The translations under genes and the position numbers were made by a program. Positions 18,541-26,863 of a DNA stretch of 64,000 nt are shown piece by piece. Position 1 is the first letter of the stretch; every line of letters starts with the position of its first letter. Under the pieces are notes generated by a model that had not been told where the DNA came from, made no database searches, and saw only the letters and a list, made by a program, of their open reading frames with translations. The DNA comes from a virus (Duplodnaviria; Caudoviricetes). The DNA lies in the IMG/VR virus record IMGVR_UViG_3300033177_000258, one strand, 5' to 3'.

Positions 18541-18960
18541 ATGACCGCCGAGGTCAGTTACGACCCCAAGTTCGACCGGACGGATGAGGAGCTCCAGGCG
18601 TTCATGCTGTTCGCCATGATGGAGCCGGTGAAGCCCATGTTCGCGGACTTCGATGTCAACCAGGTCCAGCTCAGTCTGGAGTTCCGCCGCGTCAAGGCCC
18701 GGCCTTCTGACGAGTTGATGGCGCGGGCCCAGGCCATCATCCTGGAGCAGGCGGAGCGGGAGCTGTTCTCGATGTTCGCCCTGCCGGCCGATGCTCTGCA
18801 GATGACCTCGGACAGAGGCGGGAGCTACGTCACCGCGCAGGCAATGCGCGAGCAGATAGAACGAATGCGAGGCCTCCGAGCCCGCGAGAAGACTGCCCCT
18901 TTCGATGGGCTCAGCCATGACGAAGCAATGAAGCGGCTCTTAGATGTTGCTGCCGGATAG
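18541..18960 (+). CDS. Hypothetical protein
   Basis: 139-aa ORF. Confidence 0.55.
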   Translation: MTAEVSYDPKFDRTDEELQAFMLFAMMEPVKPMFADFDVNQVQLSLEFRRVKARPSDELMARAQAIILEQAERELFSMFALPADALQMTSDRGGSYVTAQAMREQIERMRGLRAREKTAPFDGLSHDEAMKRLLDVAAG

Positions 18961-18972
18961 CCAAGTTGGTAA
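18951..18972 (+). pseudogene. 5' fragment of tRNA-Gln
   Basis: TGCCGGATAGCCAAGTTGGTA, nearly identical to the 5' end of tRNA-Gln at 19543. Confidence 0.75.
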
Positions 18973-19048
18973 TGCGCTGCTCAAGTATCCCGAATAGTGT
19001 CTTACCACAACCATAGCCAGCACGGAATACTTCATGTTGGTGATGGAA

Positions 19049-19552
19049 ATGCAGAAGCGAAGCATTATCTGGCGCTTGCCGTCGAACGAGTTCCGAGAAT
19101 TGGTTGCGTCCTGCGACACGTATGCGGAAGTGCTGCGGCATTTTGGCATGCTGCACAAGGGCGGGAACCACAACACCCTCAAGAGACGTATCCAACATGA
19201 AGGCATAGACGCGTCCCATCTTGAGGAAGGCGGTGCCCGACGTTCCAGAGAAGCGCTTGGGCGCTCCAGCAAGGGGCTTAGGCTTTCAGACGAAGATGTC
19301 TTCCGCGAAGGGTCCACCTACTGCCGCTACAATCTGAAGCGGCGTATCTTGGAGCAGGGTCTCATACCTTATGTGTGCGGGGTATGCGGCATGGGGCCAG
19401 AGTGGAATGGCAAGCCCATCTCTCTACCATTGGACCACATCAACGGTGTGTCTGACGACCACCGTTTGGAGAATCTGCGTTTTCTGTGCCCCAATTGCCA
19501 CGCCCAGACGGAGACGTTTGGGAGGCGAAAAAGGGGTGGTGTTGCCGGATAG
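19049..19552 (+). CDS. HNH homing endonuclease
   Basis: CGVCG...EWNGKPISL.LDHING...DHRLENLRFLCPNCHAQT; stop lies inside tRNA-Gln. Confidence 0.9.
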   Translation: MQKRSIIWRLPSNEFRELVASCDTYAEVLRHFGMLHKGGNHNTLKRRIQHEGIDASHLEEGGARRSREALGRSSKGLRLSDEDVFREGSTYCRYNLKRRILEQGLIPYVCGVCGMGPEWNGKPISLPLDHINGVSDDHRLENLRFLCPNCHAQTETFGRRKRGGVAG

Positions 19553-19616
19553 CCAAGTGGTACGGCAATCGGCTCTGGACCGATGACCGCTGGTTCGACC
19601 CCAGCTCCGGCAACCA
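19543..19616 (+). tRNA. tRNA-Gln(CUG)
   Basis: TGCCGGA/TCCGGCA-A-CCA; ATCGG-CTCTGGA-CCGAT. Confidence 0.88.
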
Positions 19617-19673
19617 TTTTGTCTGGTAAGGCCATATTGCGCGAACCAACAATATGTCCTCCAGAGACAATAT

Positions 19674-19767
19674 GCTCGCGTAGTCGAATTGGTTTCAGAC
19701 GGCAGCCTTTCAAGCTGCGGCATGGTGGAAACACCCAATGCGGGTTCGAATCCCGTCGCGAGTACCA
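19674..19767 (+). tRNA. tRNA with Glu(UUC) anticodon and long variable arm
   Basis: GCTCGCG/CGCGAGT-A-CCA; GCAGC-CTTTCAA-GCTGC; ~20-nt variable region. Confidence 0.78.
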
Positions 19768-19773
19768 AAGTTT

Positions 19774-19940
19774 GGGTCGGTGGCGCAAACGTGATGCGAC
19801 ACGAGGGTCACTGCCGGAGGCCGGCGCCGGCTGAAAGGCGAGACGGGCGGGTGCATACTGCCCGGATGAACAGCGCATCATAGACGCAAGGCTACAAGCC
19901 CCGACAAGTGCAGGTAGCCAGTCCTGCCCGACCCAACCCA
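19774..19940 (+). ncRNA. tRNA-like RNA with a large insertion
   Basis: GGGTCGG...CCGACCC acceptor-like stem, GCAGG/CCTGC T-like stem, internal TGATGCG/CGCATCA stem. Confidence 0.45.
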
Positions 19941-20029
19941 TAGAAACGAACCCAGGTCCTATGTGTGTCGTACAACAATTCTTGATGCGTTCGTGTTCAG
20001 CACAGAATACTTCATTCTGGTGATGAACA

Positions 20030-20779
20030 ATGGCATTTAGACGCAGCAAGATATGGCTTGTACCGGAAGACGAGTTCCGGCGCTTGGTGGCAGACGCCGC
20101 ATCGCGTTCTGACATCCTGGTATCACTCGGTTTCGCTGTTGGCTCGGGGGGGTATCGGGTCCTCAACGACCGCATCGCAGAGTTGGGGTTGAGCACAGAG
20201 CATTTCGCGGAGCGCTCCTACGAGAAGCGCAAGTCAGCTCTTCTGGCGGCTTCTAAGCCGAAAAGACCTATAGAAGAGTTGCTGGTAGAGGGCGCGAACA
20301 ACCACTCTGCCGGCCTAAAGAAGAAGCTCATCGAAGAGGGCATCTTACCTAACATGTGTTCGGAGTGTGGCGCCCTGCCAGAGTGGAACGGGAAACCGCT
20401 GTCGTTGCAATTGCACCACCGCAACGGCAGACGGGGCGATGACCGAAAAGAGAACCTCTGTCTGCTCTGTCCCAACTGTCGCAGCCAGACGCCCAACTTC
20501 TCGGGGCGCGGCAAGAGGCAAGAGACTAAGCGCTGCGCCTGTGGGACGCCCATCCATAAGTCATCACTGCGCTGCAGGAAGTGTGCCGGTGCGGACCTTA
20601 AGCACCACCACCGCAAAGTAGAAGAGCGGCCATCGAGTGGGGTTCTCCTGCAAGAAGTGTCTGCCGCGAACTATGAAGCCGTGGGGCGCAGATATGGGGT
20701 GACAGGTAGGACCATCAAGGACTGGCTCATTGCCGATGGCATAGAGCCTCCTCGGAAGCACAAAGCTCGCGTGGTGTAG
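20030..20779 (+). CDS. HNH homing endonuclease with C-terminal zinc finger and HTH
   Basis: CSECG...EWNGKPLSLQLHHRNG...DDRKENLCLLCPNC; stop lies inside tRNA-Glu(CUC). Confidence 0.88.
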   Translation: MAFRRSKIWLVPEDEFRRLVADAASRSDILVSLGFAVGSGGYRVLNDRIAELGLSTEHFAERSYEKRKSALLAASKPKRPIEELLVEGANNHSAGLKKKLIEEGILPNMCSECGALPEWNGKPLSLQLHHRNGRRGDDRKENLCLLCPNCRSQTPNFSGRGKRQETKRCACGTPIHKSSLRCRKCAGADLKHHHRKVEERPSSGVLLQEVSAANYEAVGRRYGVTGRTIKDWLIADGIEPPRKHKARVV

Positions 20780-20852
20780 CGGCCGAACATCTCCGGTTCT
20801 CAACCGGAAGACCGAGAAGGTTACGCGGGTTCGAATCCCTCCGCGAGTACCA
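20765..20852 (+). tRNA. tRNA with Glu(CUC) anticodon and long variable arm
   Basis: GCTCGCG/CGCGAGT-A-CCA; TCCGG-TTCTCAA-CCGGA; V-arm GACC-GAGAA-GGTT. Confidence 0.78.
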
Positions 20853-20868
20853 TCTTTCACCAGTCGAG

Positions 20869-21582
20869 GTGCCAGTTATGATACCCGAAACCATGGTTGA
20901 GCGCTTCAAAGCCTGTGTGATGGCGGCCCAAGACGGCAGTAGCCATCTCAGCGATGATTCGTCATGGGTGGAGAGATTGGGGAGCTTCATCGAAGCCATC
21001 CCCCCCTGCAAGGGGCCGGCCCTGGTGGTTGGCCCCGGCGCCGGTTACGAGTGCCGTCTGCTCCAGCGACGGGGCTATGAAGTGCACGCTGTGGACATCG
21101 AGCCCAAGGTGACCGAGCACCACATCCGCATGCGAGGGGAAGGCGTTCACATTCTCAACAACGTGCCGATGGAGAACATGCCTTATGGTCCGGGTGAGTT
21201 CGGCATAGTGTCGTCGCACCACTGTCTGGAGCATAGCCTCGCCCCTCTGGCGGCGCTATGCGAGTGGAATAGGGTGTTGCGGGTGGGCGGCTTTCTGGCT
21301 CTCGGCGTGCCGCCAGTGAGCACCGCCAGCGCCGTCGCGCTGCACATCTGCAACTTCTCGCGTCCCCTGGTCGCTTACCTATTGGCTGCCACGGGCTTCG
21401 ACGTGCGGCGCGGGCTCCAATTCAGCCAGGACTATGACGAGTGCTTCATAGTGAGGAAGGTGGCGGACCCCTTGCAGACGATGCAGCTCCGTGACCTGGT
21501 ACCACTGCTGCCTGAGGGGATGTACCGTGAGTACCCGAATGGGAACTGCGAGCTTGCGGATACGTTCGGTGGTTGCGGGTAG
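20869..21582 (+). CDS. Class I SAM-dependent methyltransferase
   Basis: LVVGPGAG, AVDI, SHHCLEHS...EWNRVLRVGG. Confidence 0.8.
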   Translation: MPVMIPETMVERFKACVMAAQDGSSHLSDDSSWVERLGSFIEAIPPCKGPALVVGPGAGYECRLLQRRGYEVHAVDIEPKVTEHHIRMRGEGVHILNNVPMENMPYGPGEFGIVSSHHCLEHSLAPLAALCEWNRVLRVGGFLALGVPPVSTASAVALHICNFSRPLVAYLLAATGFDVRRGLQFSQDYDECFIVRKVADPLQTMQLRDLVPLLPEGMYREYPNGNCELADTFGGCG

Positions 21583-21625
21583 CCCTTCCGCCATATTCTT
21601 CAGAGAAGCACCCGAGAAAGAACGG

Positions 21626-21654
21626 TTGACAGCGAGCCGTAGAGCTGCTAAGAT
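21626..21654 (+). promoter_or_regulatory. Sigma-70-type promoter
   Basis: TTGACA-N17-TAAGAT. Confidence 0.65.
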
Positions 21655-21694
21655 AGCGTCATTGGGAAACATCACGATGCGGAGCCGAGGCCCA

Positions 21695-21922
21695 ATGAAC
21701 TTGTGGGAACGGCATGAGCAGTACAAAGAGCGTGAGAGACGTAGAGAACAGAAACGCCGGCGTAACCGAAAGCGCTGGTGGTACCAGGGAGACCACCTGG
21801 AGAACCTCTGCGACTGCCACGACTGCCGCAAGCGACGCAAGCATGGGGACGTGGTGATACCGAGCCCCCAGGAGTTGCGCCAGCGAGAGCGCGATAGAGA
21901 GAACATTGAGTCGGTCAGATAG
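21695..21922 (+). CDS. Small basic hypothetical protein
   Basis: RBS GAGG; downstream of the promoter; CDCHDC. Confidence 0.5.
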   Translation: MNLWERHEQYKERERRREQKRRRNRKRWWYQGDHLENLCDCHDCRKRRKHGDVVIPSPQELRQRERDRENIESVR

Positions 21923-21956
21923 AAGCAGTACACCACGCTACGCCGAGGTCACGCTA

Positions 21957-22829
21957 ATGTCTGGTATCCACACACAGCCACACCCCAAAGGCATCATCAC
22001 TCCCCCACCGCATAGTGGTTTTTCCATCCGGGCATCTCTTCATTCATTCTTCTCTCCCCGTGCCGCTGGCTTTGCGTCCATTCACCCCAAGATGGAGGCT
22101 GCATTGCGCTCGGTTGGGATTCGTGATGACCAAGTTAGCCAAGGGTTCGGTTGGGCGCCCGCTTCGGCTGGCTACCATAGCCCGGTCGGCTGGGTCAATG
22201 GTCACCGATACAGCACGTGTGTGGACCTGCGCACTAGCATCGGCTGCACGCCCGAGATGCGCTCCCGGCTGGTAGCGGCCGGCTTTGCTCCATTCTTTAG
22301 GCTCGATACGAGCTGGAGGGGCAATGAGCACGTGCATTGTGTCTACGTCGCCGACCTACCGCTGCTGCCTGGCCCGTTGCAACAGGCGTATGACTACGCG
22401 GCCGGCCTGAACGGCCTGGTAGGCCACGGGCGCTTGAAAGGCCCGTTGGCGCCGACAGATGAAGAGCGCAAGAGCATCGCCTACGCCCTGCAGACCAAGG
22501 CCCGGCATGTGGCGGTGAAGGTCCTGGCCCCTAACGGGAAAGTCATCCCGTGCTATGCGTTTCTGGAGCGCTTCTGGTACAGCAAGCAATACAAGGTGCG
22601 TTGTGAGGTGCGGCCCTTCGTGGAGTATTGGGGGGCCGTCATCCTGGACCAGAAGACGTTCCGCTTCAAGGGCGGCAACGTTGTGATGACCTCAGCCCAG
22701 ACCATGGTCTCGGGGCAGTTCCTGCGGGGCAACCTGCGCGAGCTGGCCGGGCTCCTGGGTCTCAAGGTCGTGAAGTTCGAGCTCACCGCCGATGGCACCA
22801 GCGCCACCGTGCGGCTAGGCTACAAGTAG
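21957..22829 (+). CDS. Hypothetical protein, possible M15-like cell-wall peptidase with a C-terminal domain resembling that of the amidase
   Basis: SAGYH...CVD...EHVH pattern; C-terminal IPCY...VRPFVEYWGA...LRELAGLLG. Confidence 0.5.
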   Translation: MSGIHTQPHPKGIITPPPHSGFSIRASLHSFFSPRAAGFASIHPKMEAALRSVGIRDDQVSQGFGWAPASAGYHSPVGWVNGHRYSTCVDLRTSIGCTPEMRSRLVAAGFAPFFRLDTSWRGNEHVHCVYVADLPLLPGPLQQAYDYAAGLNGLVGHGRLKGPLAPTDEERKSIAYALQTKARHVAVKVLAPNGKVIPCYAFLERFWYSKQYKVRCEVRPFVEYWGAVILDQKTFRFKGGNVVMTSAQTMVSGQFLRGNLRELAGLLGLKVVKFELTADGTSATVRLGYK

Positions 22830-22841
22830 GAGTGTTGTCCA

Positions 22842-22973
22842 ATGCAGTCAGCAAACGGAGCCCGGCGCAGCCCTTGTGGCGCATGCGGCGGCTCAGGCAA
22901 GAAGGAAGGCGCGACCTGCCCCACCTGTAAGGGTTCGGGCAAGGCTTCGCCGGCACGCTACAACAAGGAGTAG
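22842..22973 (+). CDS. 43-aa DnaJ-type zinc-finger miniprotein (absent from the ORF track)
   Basis: MQSANGARRSPCGACGGSGKKEGATCPTCKGSGKASPARYNKE; two CxxCxGxG motifs; RBS AGGAG; directly before groES. Confidence 0.65.
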   Translation: MQSANGARRSPCGACGGSGKKEGATCPTCKGSGKASPARYNKE

Positions 22974-22977
22974 TGAC

Positions 22978-23274
22978 ATGAGTTTCAAGGCGACCCGCAA
23001 CCGCATCATCGTGGAGTTCGTCAACCCCGAGCAGAGGAAGAGCGTCATCGTCATCCCGGACAAGGCCAAGCCGCTCCCCACGGCCGGCGTCGTCGTCAGC
23101 ATCGGCGAGTGTCGGACCTGGGGTGACGGCATCCCGTTCGACCCCTGCATCGAAGTAGGCGACGTGGTGCTGTTCCCGGCGCGCGCGGCGCAGTACCTGG
23201 ACGACCAGTTCATCCGTGGCTCCATCCTGGTCCAAGACGTGATGGCCAAGCTGAAGCCTGGTGGAGTCGAGTAG
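22978..23274 (+). CDS. groES: Co-chaperonin GroES
   Basis: FKATRNRIIVE...IVIPDKAK...GVVVSIG...IEVGDVVLF...DVMA. Confidence 0.82.
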   Translation: MSFKATRNRIIVEFVNPEQRKSVIVIPDKAKPLPTAGVVVSIGECRTWGDGIPFDPCIEVGDVVLFPARAAQYLDDQFIRGSILVQDVMAKLKPGGVE

Positions 23275-23277
23275 CCA

Positions 23278-24318
23278 ATGGCGCCCCCGTGTTCTCTTCC
23301 GTGGATTAACCTCCAGACCACCAGCGACCTGCTGTACAACTGCTGCTACCAAACAGAATTGAGCAGCAGCCGGTCTTGGCATAGCGGTCACTGTTGGGAG
23401 TACGCTGAAGGGCGCGAGCCGCTGGAGCTGGTCAACTTCCCAGAAGGAGTGGCCCTACGCAGGAGCATCGCGAGCGGCGGCGTACTCGGTGCCTGCGGCG
23501 GCAACCGGCGTTGTCCCCGGCCTTCAATGGACGTGTACGACGGCCGCCGTCTCGATGGGCAGAGCCCCGACTACTACAGCAACTACGACCGTCTTAGGGC
23601 AGAGTGGGAAGCCGGCCAGGATGTCCTGACCGCTTTCCCCACTACCTACAGCTTCGTACTAGGGGGTAACTGCAATCTTGGCTGCCCCATGTGCCCCTCC
23701 GACCGGGCGACGCCTCGGGACTACCCGTGGATGCCGCTGGAAGTGGCTGAGAAGTTCCGGGTCTTCTTGCCTTACGCGTCGGAATGGTCGGTCTCGGGCG
23801 GCGAGCCCCTGTTGGCCCCATTCACCCTCCTCGACACCATGCTGCCGCCCCCGGCTGAGCGCGAGAAGTCGTACATCAACACGAACCTGTGCATCGGTAG
23901 CGGGCGGGTCGAACAGCTATCGCAGCGCATCGGGTTGTTCGTGGTTTCGCTGCACGCGCTCGACCAGGCGATGGCCAGCTACATCCAGCCTGGGGTGGAC
24001 CTTGCTTTGGTCCTCAGGAACATCAGGACCGTCTCCCAGCTTTCCCAGGTTTCCGTCGTGACGGTGGTTCGGGCATGCAACCTTGGCCAGCTCCGTTTCT
24101 TCCCAGACATGCTGAAGCAGATGGGTGTACGCGACTGGTGGGTTACACCGATGGTAGACTATGGACGGCTCGACAAGTCCGAGTTCGCCATGGGGCCCAA
24201 CGTCAGCCATGAACAGACCGAGCGCACTGAGAAGATACTCCTGGACGTACAACATCACTGCGAAGAGCTAGGGCTCCCATGTATACTGATGGGTGTTAGA
24301 GGCTCAGGAGACGGCTAA
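23278..24318 (+). CDS. Radical SAM protein (paralog of 8297-9331)
   Basis: CSLPW...CC; CNLGCPMC; SGGEPLL. Confidence 0.82.
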   Translation: MAPPCSLPWINLQTTSDLLYNCCYQTELSSSRSWHSGHCWEYAEGREPLELVNFPEGVALRRSIASGGVLGACGGNRRCPRPSMDVYDGRRLDGQSPDYYSNYDRLRAEWEAGQDVLTAFPTTYSFVLGGNCNLGCPMCPSDRATPRDYPWMPLEVAEKFRVFLPYASEWSVSGGEPLLAPFTLLDTMLPPPAEREKSYINTNLCIGSGRVEQLSQRIGLFVVSLHALDQAMASYIQPGVDLALVLRNIRTVSQLSQVSVVTVVRACNLGQLRFFPDMLKQMGVRDWWVTPMVDYGRLDKSEFAMGPNVSHEQTERTEKILLDVQHHCEELGLPCILMGVRGSGDG

Positions 24319-24995
24319 TGTTCGAACCGAAGAACCTACGAGGCGTAGATGTATACCGTGGGGATGGCGTCATCAACTGGCAGAAGGTCTACAATGACGG
24401 GGTGCGCTTCGCCTGCATCAAGGCGACCGAAGGCGTCACCATCACGGACGCCAGGATGTTCTACAACCTGACGGAGGCGCGCAAAGCCGGCCTCTACTGC
24501 GGTCTTTACCACTACTTCCTGCCGACCGGGAACGCGTGGGCGCAGTCCGAGTATTACATGGAGGCGGTGCGGAAGGCGGTGGGGGCGAAGACGAAGAAGG
24601 AAGCATTCAGCAACCTGCTGGTGCCTTTGCTGGACCTGGAAGACGCCGGCGACATGGAAGACGAGGCCCTGGTCAACTCAGCACTGGCCTTCATCAAGCA
24701 CGTGCAGGAGACCATCGGGCGCGGGTGCATCGTGTACACGTACCCCTACTTCATCACCGAACACCTCGTGGAAGCCAGCAAGGCACGCTACCTGGCCGGC
24801 TACCCGCTGTGGATTGCCAGCTACCCGAAGGATGGCCAGCCGGGGCGCCCCTACATCCCGGCGCTATGGAAGACGGCAACGATGCAGCAGTACACGGACC
24901 ACGGCTCGCAGCCGGGCATCCCTCGCAACGGTGGCGTGGACCTGGACGTGTTCTTCGGCGACGCGCAGGCCATGGAGCACTTCGTCGTGCACTAA
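24318..24995 (+). CDS. GH25 muramidase (lysozyme/endolysin)
   Basis: GVDVY, IKATEG, GLYHYF, LDLE, VYT, LWIASY, QYT..G..PGI...VDLD. Confidence 0.9.
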   Translation: MFEPKNLRGVDVYRGDGVINWQKVYNDGVRFACIKATEGVTITDARMFYNLTEARKAGLYCGLYHYFLPTGNAWAQSEYYMEAVRKAVGAKTKKEAFSNLLVPLLDLEDAGDMEDEALVNSALAFIKHVQETIGRGCIVYTYPYFITEHLVEASKARYLAGYPLWIASYPKDGQPGRPYIPALWKTATMQQYTDHGSQPGIPRNGGVDLDVFFGDAQAMEHFVVH

Positions 24996-25004
24996 GGAGA
25001 AGAC

Positions 25005-25820
25005 ATGGGCATCCTGAAGTGGGACAAACCACAGCCAGTCAGAGCCAAGATGAAGCTCGAACAGCTCCATCCTGAGCACCCAGGGGACTACATCCCCAAC
25101 ATGTCTGAAGAAGACAAACATGCCTGGAAGGCCAAACTGGTTGGCCACAAGTCAGGAGACCCGCGCGTCGAGATTCGTAAGACGACCGATGGTGGGCACC
25201 ACGCATCGGATGGCTTCCGCACTGTTGGATGGCCGACCGAGCGCGAGGTGCCCGTCATCGAGGGTGTCGCCCAGGTGTTGATGGTCGTCTGGCCGGATGG
25301 CAGCGTGCGCTTATCCATGAACTCCAAGGCGGAGTTCAGCATGGAAGAGCTCACCGCCGCCGTCTCCGAGGCCCTTGACTTCCTGCATGCCTACATCCGC
25401 GAGGCGGCGGTCCAGGCGGCTAAGCCGGCGCCCATCACTCTCAAGTGGCAGCGGTTATACCGGGTAAAGCACCACGACTATTTCTACCAGACCACCTACG
25501 GCAAGAACTGGATTATCAACGTCCAGCATCATCCTGATGGGGGTTGGCAGTGGGCCATTCTCCGGCGTGAGCGCCCAGGTAGGCCGGTGGTCAACCACAC
25601 CGAGTGCGACGCTCCTTGCCGTTCCCTGCAGGCCGCAAAGACGGAGGCCAAGGACTGTCTCGAACGACTTATCAACTCGACTGAGGAGCATCATGGCCAA
25701 GCTGTCGCCGGCCTTTGTGGAGCGCCAACTGATGGTCTACTATGCGGTGCTGAGTGCCCAGGAACTGAAGGCGCTGTACCCGAGCATGGGGAAGACCCAA
25801 CTCCGCCAGCATCGCCGTAG
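25005..25820 (+). CDS. Hypothetical protein
   Basis: RBS AAGGAG; 271 aa. Confidence 0.55.
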   Translation: MGILKWDKPQPVRAKMKLEQLHPEHPGDYIPNMSEEDKHAWKAKLVGHKSGDPRVEIRKTTDGGHHASDGFRTVGWPTEREVPVIEGVAQVLMVVWPDGSVRLSMNSKAEFSMEELTAAVSEALDFLHAYIREAAVQAAKPAPITLKWQRLYRVKHHDYFYQTTYGKNWIINVQHHPDGGWQWAILRRERPGRPVVNHTECDAPCRSLQAAKTEAKDCLERLINSTEEHHGQAVAGLCGAPTDGLLCGAECPGTEGAVPEHGEDPTPPASP

Positions 25821-25905
25821 TGCTCTGCGGTCCTTGGCCCAGCACAGAGACTGTGGTTCGATGTACCACTGGGCCGAGCGGACCATTCGGGAGTTGTTGT
25901 CGTAG
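25693..25905 (+). CDS. Hypothetical protein
   Basis: RBS GAGGAG before MAKLSP; overlaps the upstream ORF. Confidence 0.45.
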   Translation: MAKLSPAFVERQLMVYYAVLSAQELKALYPSMGKTQLRQHRRSALRSLAQHRDCGSMYHWAERTIRELLS

Positions 25906-25981
25906 GGCCCTTAGCTCAGAAGAGTAGAGCAGCGTGCTCATAATACGCAGGCCGCTGGTTCGAGTCCAGCAGGGCCCACCA
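25905..25981 (+). tRNA. tRNA-Ile2(CAU), or Met
   Basis: GGGCCCT/AGGGCCC-A-CCA; GCGTG-CTCATAA-TACGC. Confidence 0.85.
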
Positions 25982-25985
25982 TTGA

Positions 25986-26004
25986 GCCGGTATAACTCAG
26001 TAGG
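25986..26004 (+). pseudogene. 5' fragment of tRNA-Thr
   Basis: GCCGGTATAACTCAGTAGG versus GCCGGTGTACCTCAGTAGG at 26724. Confidence 0.7.
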
Positions 26005-26087
26005 TGATACAGCCATTGCGGCCCCCACGGAGCAGTTTTTTGTCATTGAGTTACACAGCGCGGAATACTTCCGTTAGGTGATGACCA

Positions 26088-26741
26088 ATGCCAGATTGCT
26101 TGAAGTGTGGGGCCCATTTCCCTAACTGGGTTTCCATAGACGGAGTCAAGAAGAACTTGGCTTCCCGTAAGTATTGTCTCGACTGCTCTCCTTGGGGCGA
26201 ACACAATACCAAGCCGCTGCACGGCAATACGGGACCCACATCTAAGATATACCAGGTTCCAGAAGAAGAGTTTAGGAAGATTGTTGCTAAGAGCCCGTCG
26301 TACTCAGCCGCCATCCGCTCTATCGGGATGTTCCCGTACCCAGGGCACTACCGGACGCTGAAGCGACGCATAGCCGAGTGCGGCATAGATGTCAGCCACA
26401 TGGTTGAGGGCCGAGCGCAGATTAGTAGAAGCATCTCGCGCGCTGCCGGCGCAAGACGGCGCCGGCCGATTTCCGACTACTTGGTTGAACATAGCTCTCT
26501 GCCGGGTGTCACGCTCAAGAAAAGACTCATTGCTGAGGGTTTCATAGAGGAGAAGTGCGACGAGTGCGGTATGGGCCCAGAGTGGAACGACAAGCCGCTC
26601 TCTCTCCATCTAGACCACATCAACGGAGTGCACGACGACGCGCGCCCAGAGAATCTTAGACTACTTTGCCCCAATTGCCACTCGCAGACCGATACCTATG
26701 CGGGACGTAATAGGAAGAAAAGGGCCGGTGTACCTCAGTAG
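26088..26741 (+). CDS. HNH homing endonuclease
   Basis: CDECG...EWNDKPLSLHLDHING...DARPENLRLLCPNCHSQT; stop lies inside tRNA-Thr. Confidence 0.9.
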   Translation: MPDCLKCGAHFPNWVSIDGVKKNLASRKYCLDCSPWGEHNTKPLHGNTGPTSKIYQVPEEEFRKIVAKSPSYSAAIRSIGMFPYPGHYRTLKRRIAECGIDVSHMVEGRAQISRSISRAAGARRRRPISDYLVEHSSLPGVTLKKRLIAEGFIEEKCDECGMGPEWNDKPLSLHLDHINGVHDDARPENLRLLCPNCHSQTDTYAGRNRKKRAGVPQ

Positions 26742-26799
26742 GCAGAGGAGGGCACTTGTAATGCTCGCGCCGCCCGTTCGAATCCCTCTGCCGGCTCCA
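26724..26799 (+). tRNA. tRNA-Thr(UGU), poorly paired T-stem
   Basis: GCCGGTG/TGCCGGC-T-CCA; GGGCA-CTTGTAA-TGCTC. Confidence 0.7.
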
Positions 26800-26810
26800 T
26801 CCGTTTCCTC

Positions 26811-26839
26811 TTGACACCATTCTCCCTTATTGGTACCAT
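26811..26839 (+). promoter_or_regulatory. Sigma-70-type promoter
   Basis: TTGACA-N17-TACCAT upstream of the helicase. Confidence 0.65.
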
Positions 26840-26863
26840 GCCCCCAACGGAGAAACCCCACCA

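Noticed and set aside
19674-19767. tRNA-Sec (UCA) or tRNA-Leu (CAA)
   Set aside because: The loop CTTTCAA closed by a perfect 5-bp stem centres on TTC, and the acceptor stem is 7 bp.
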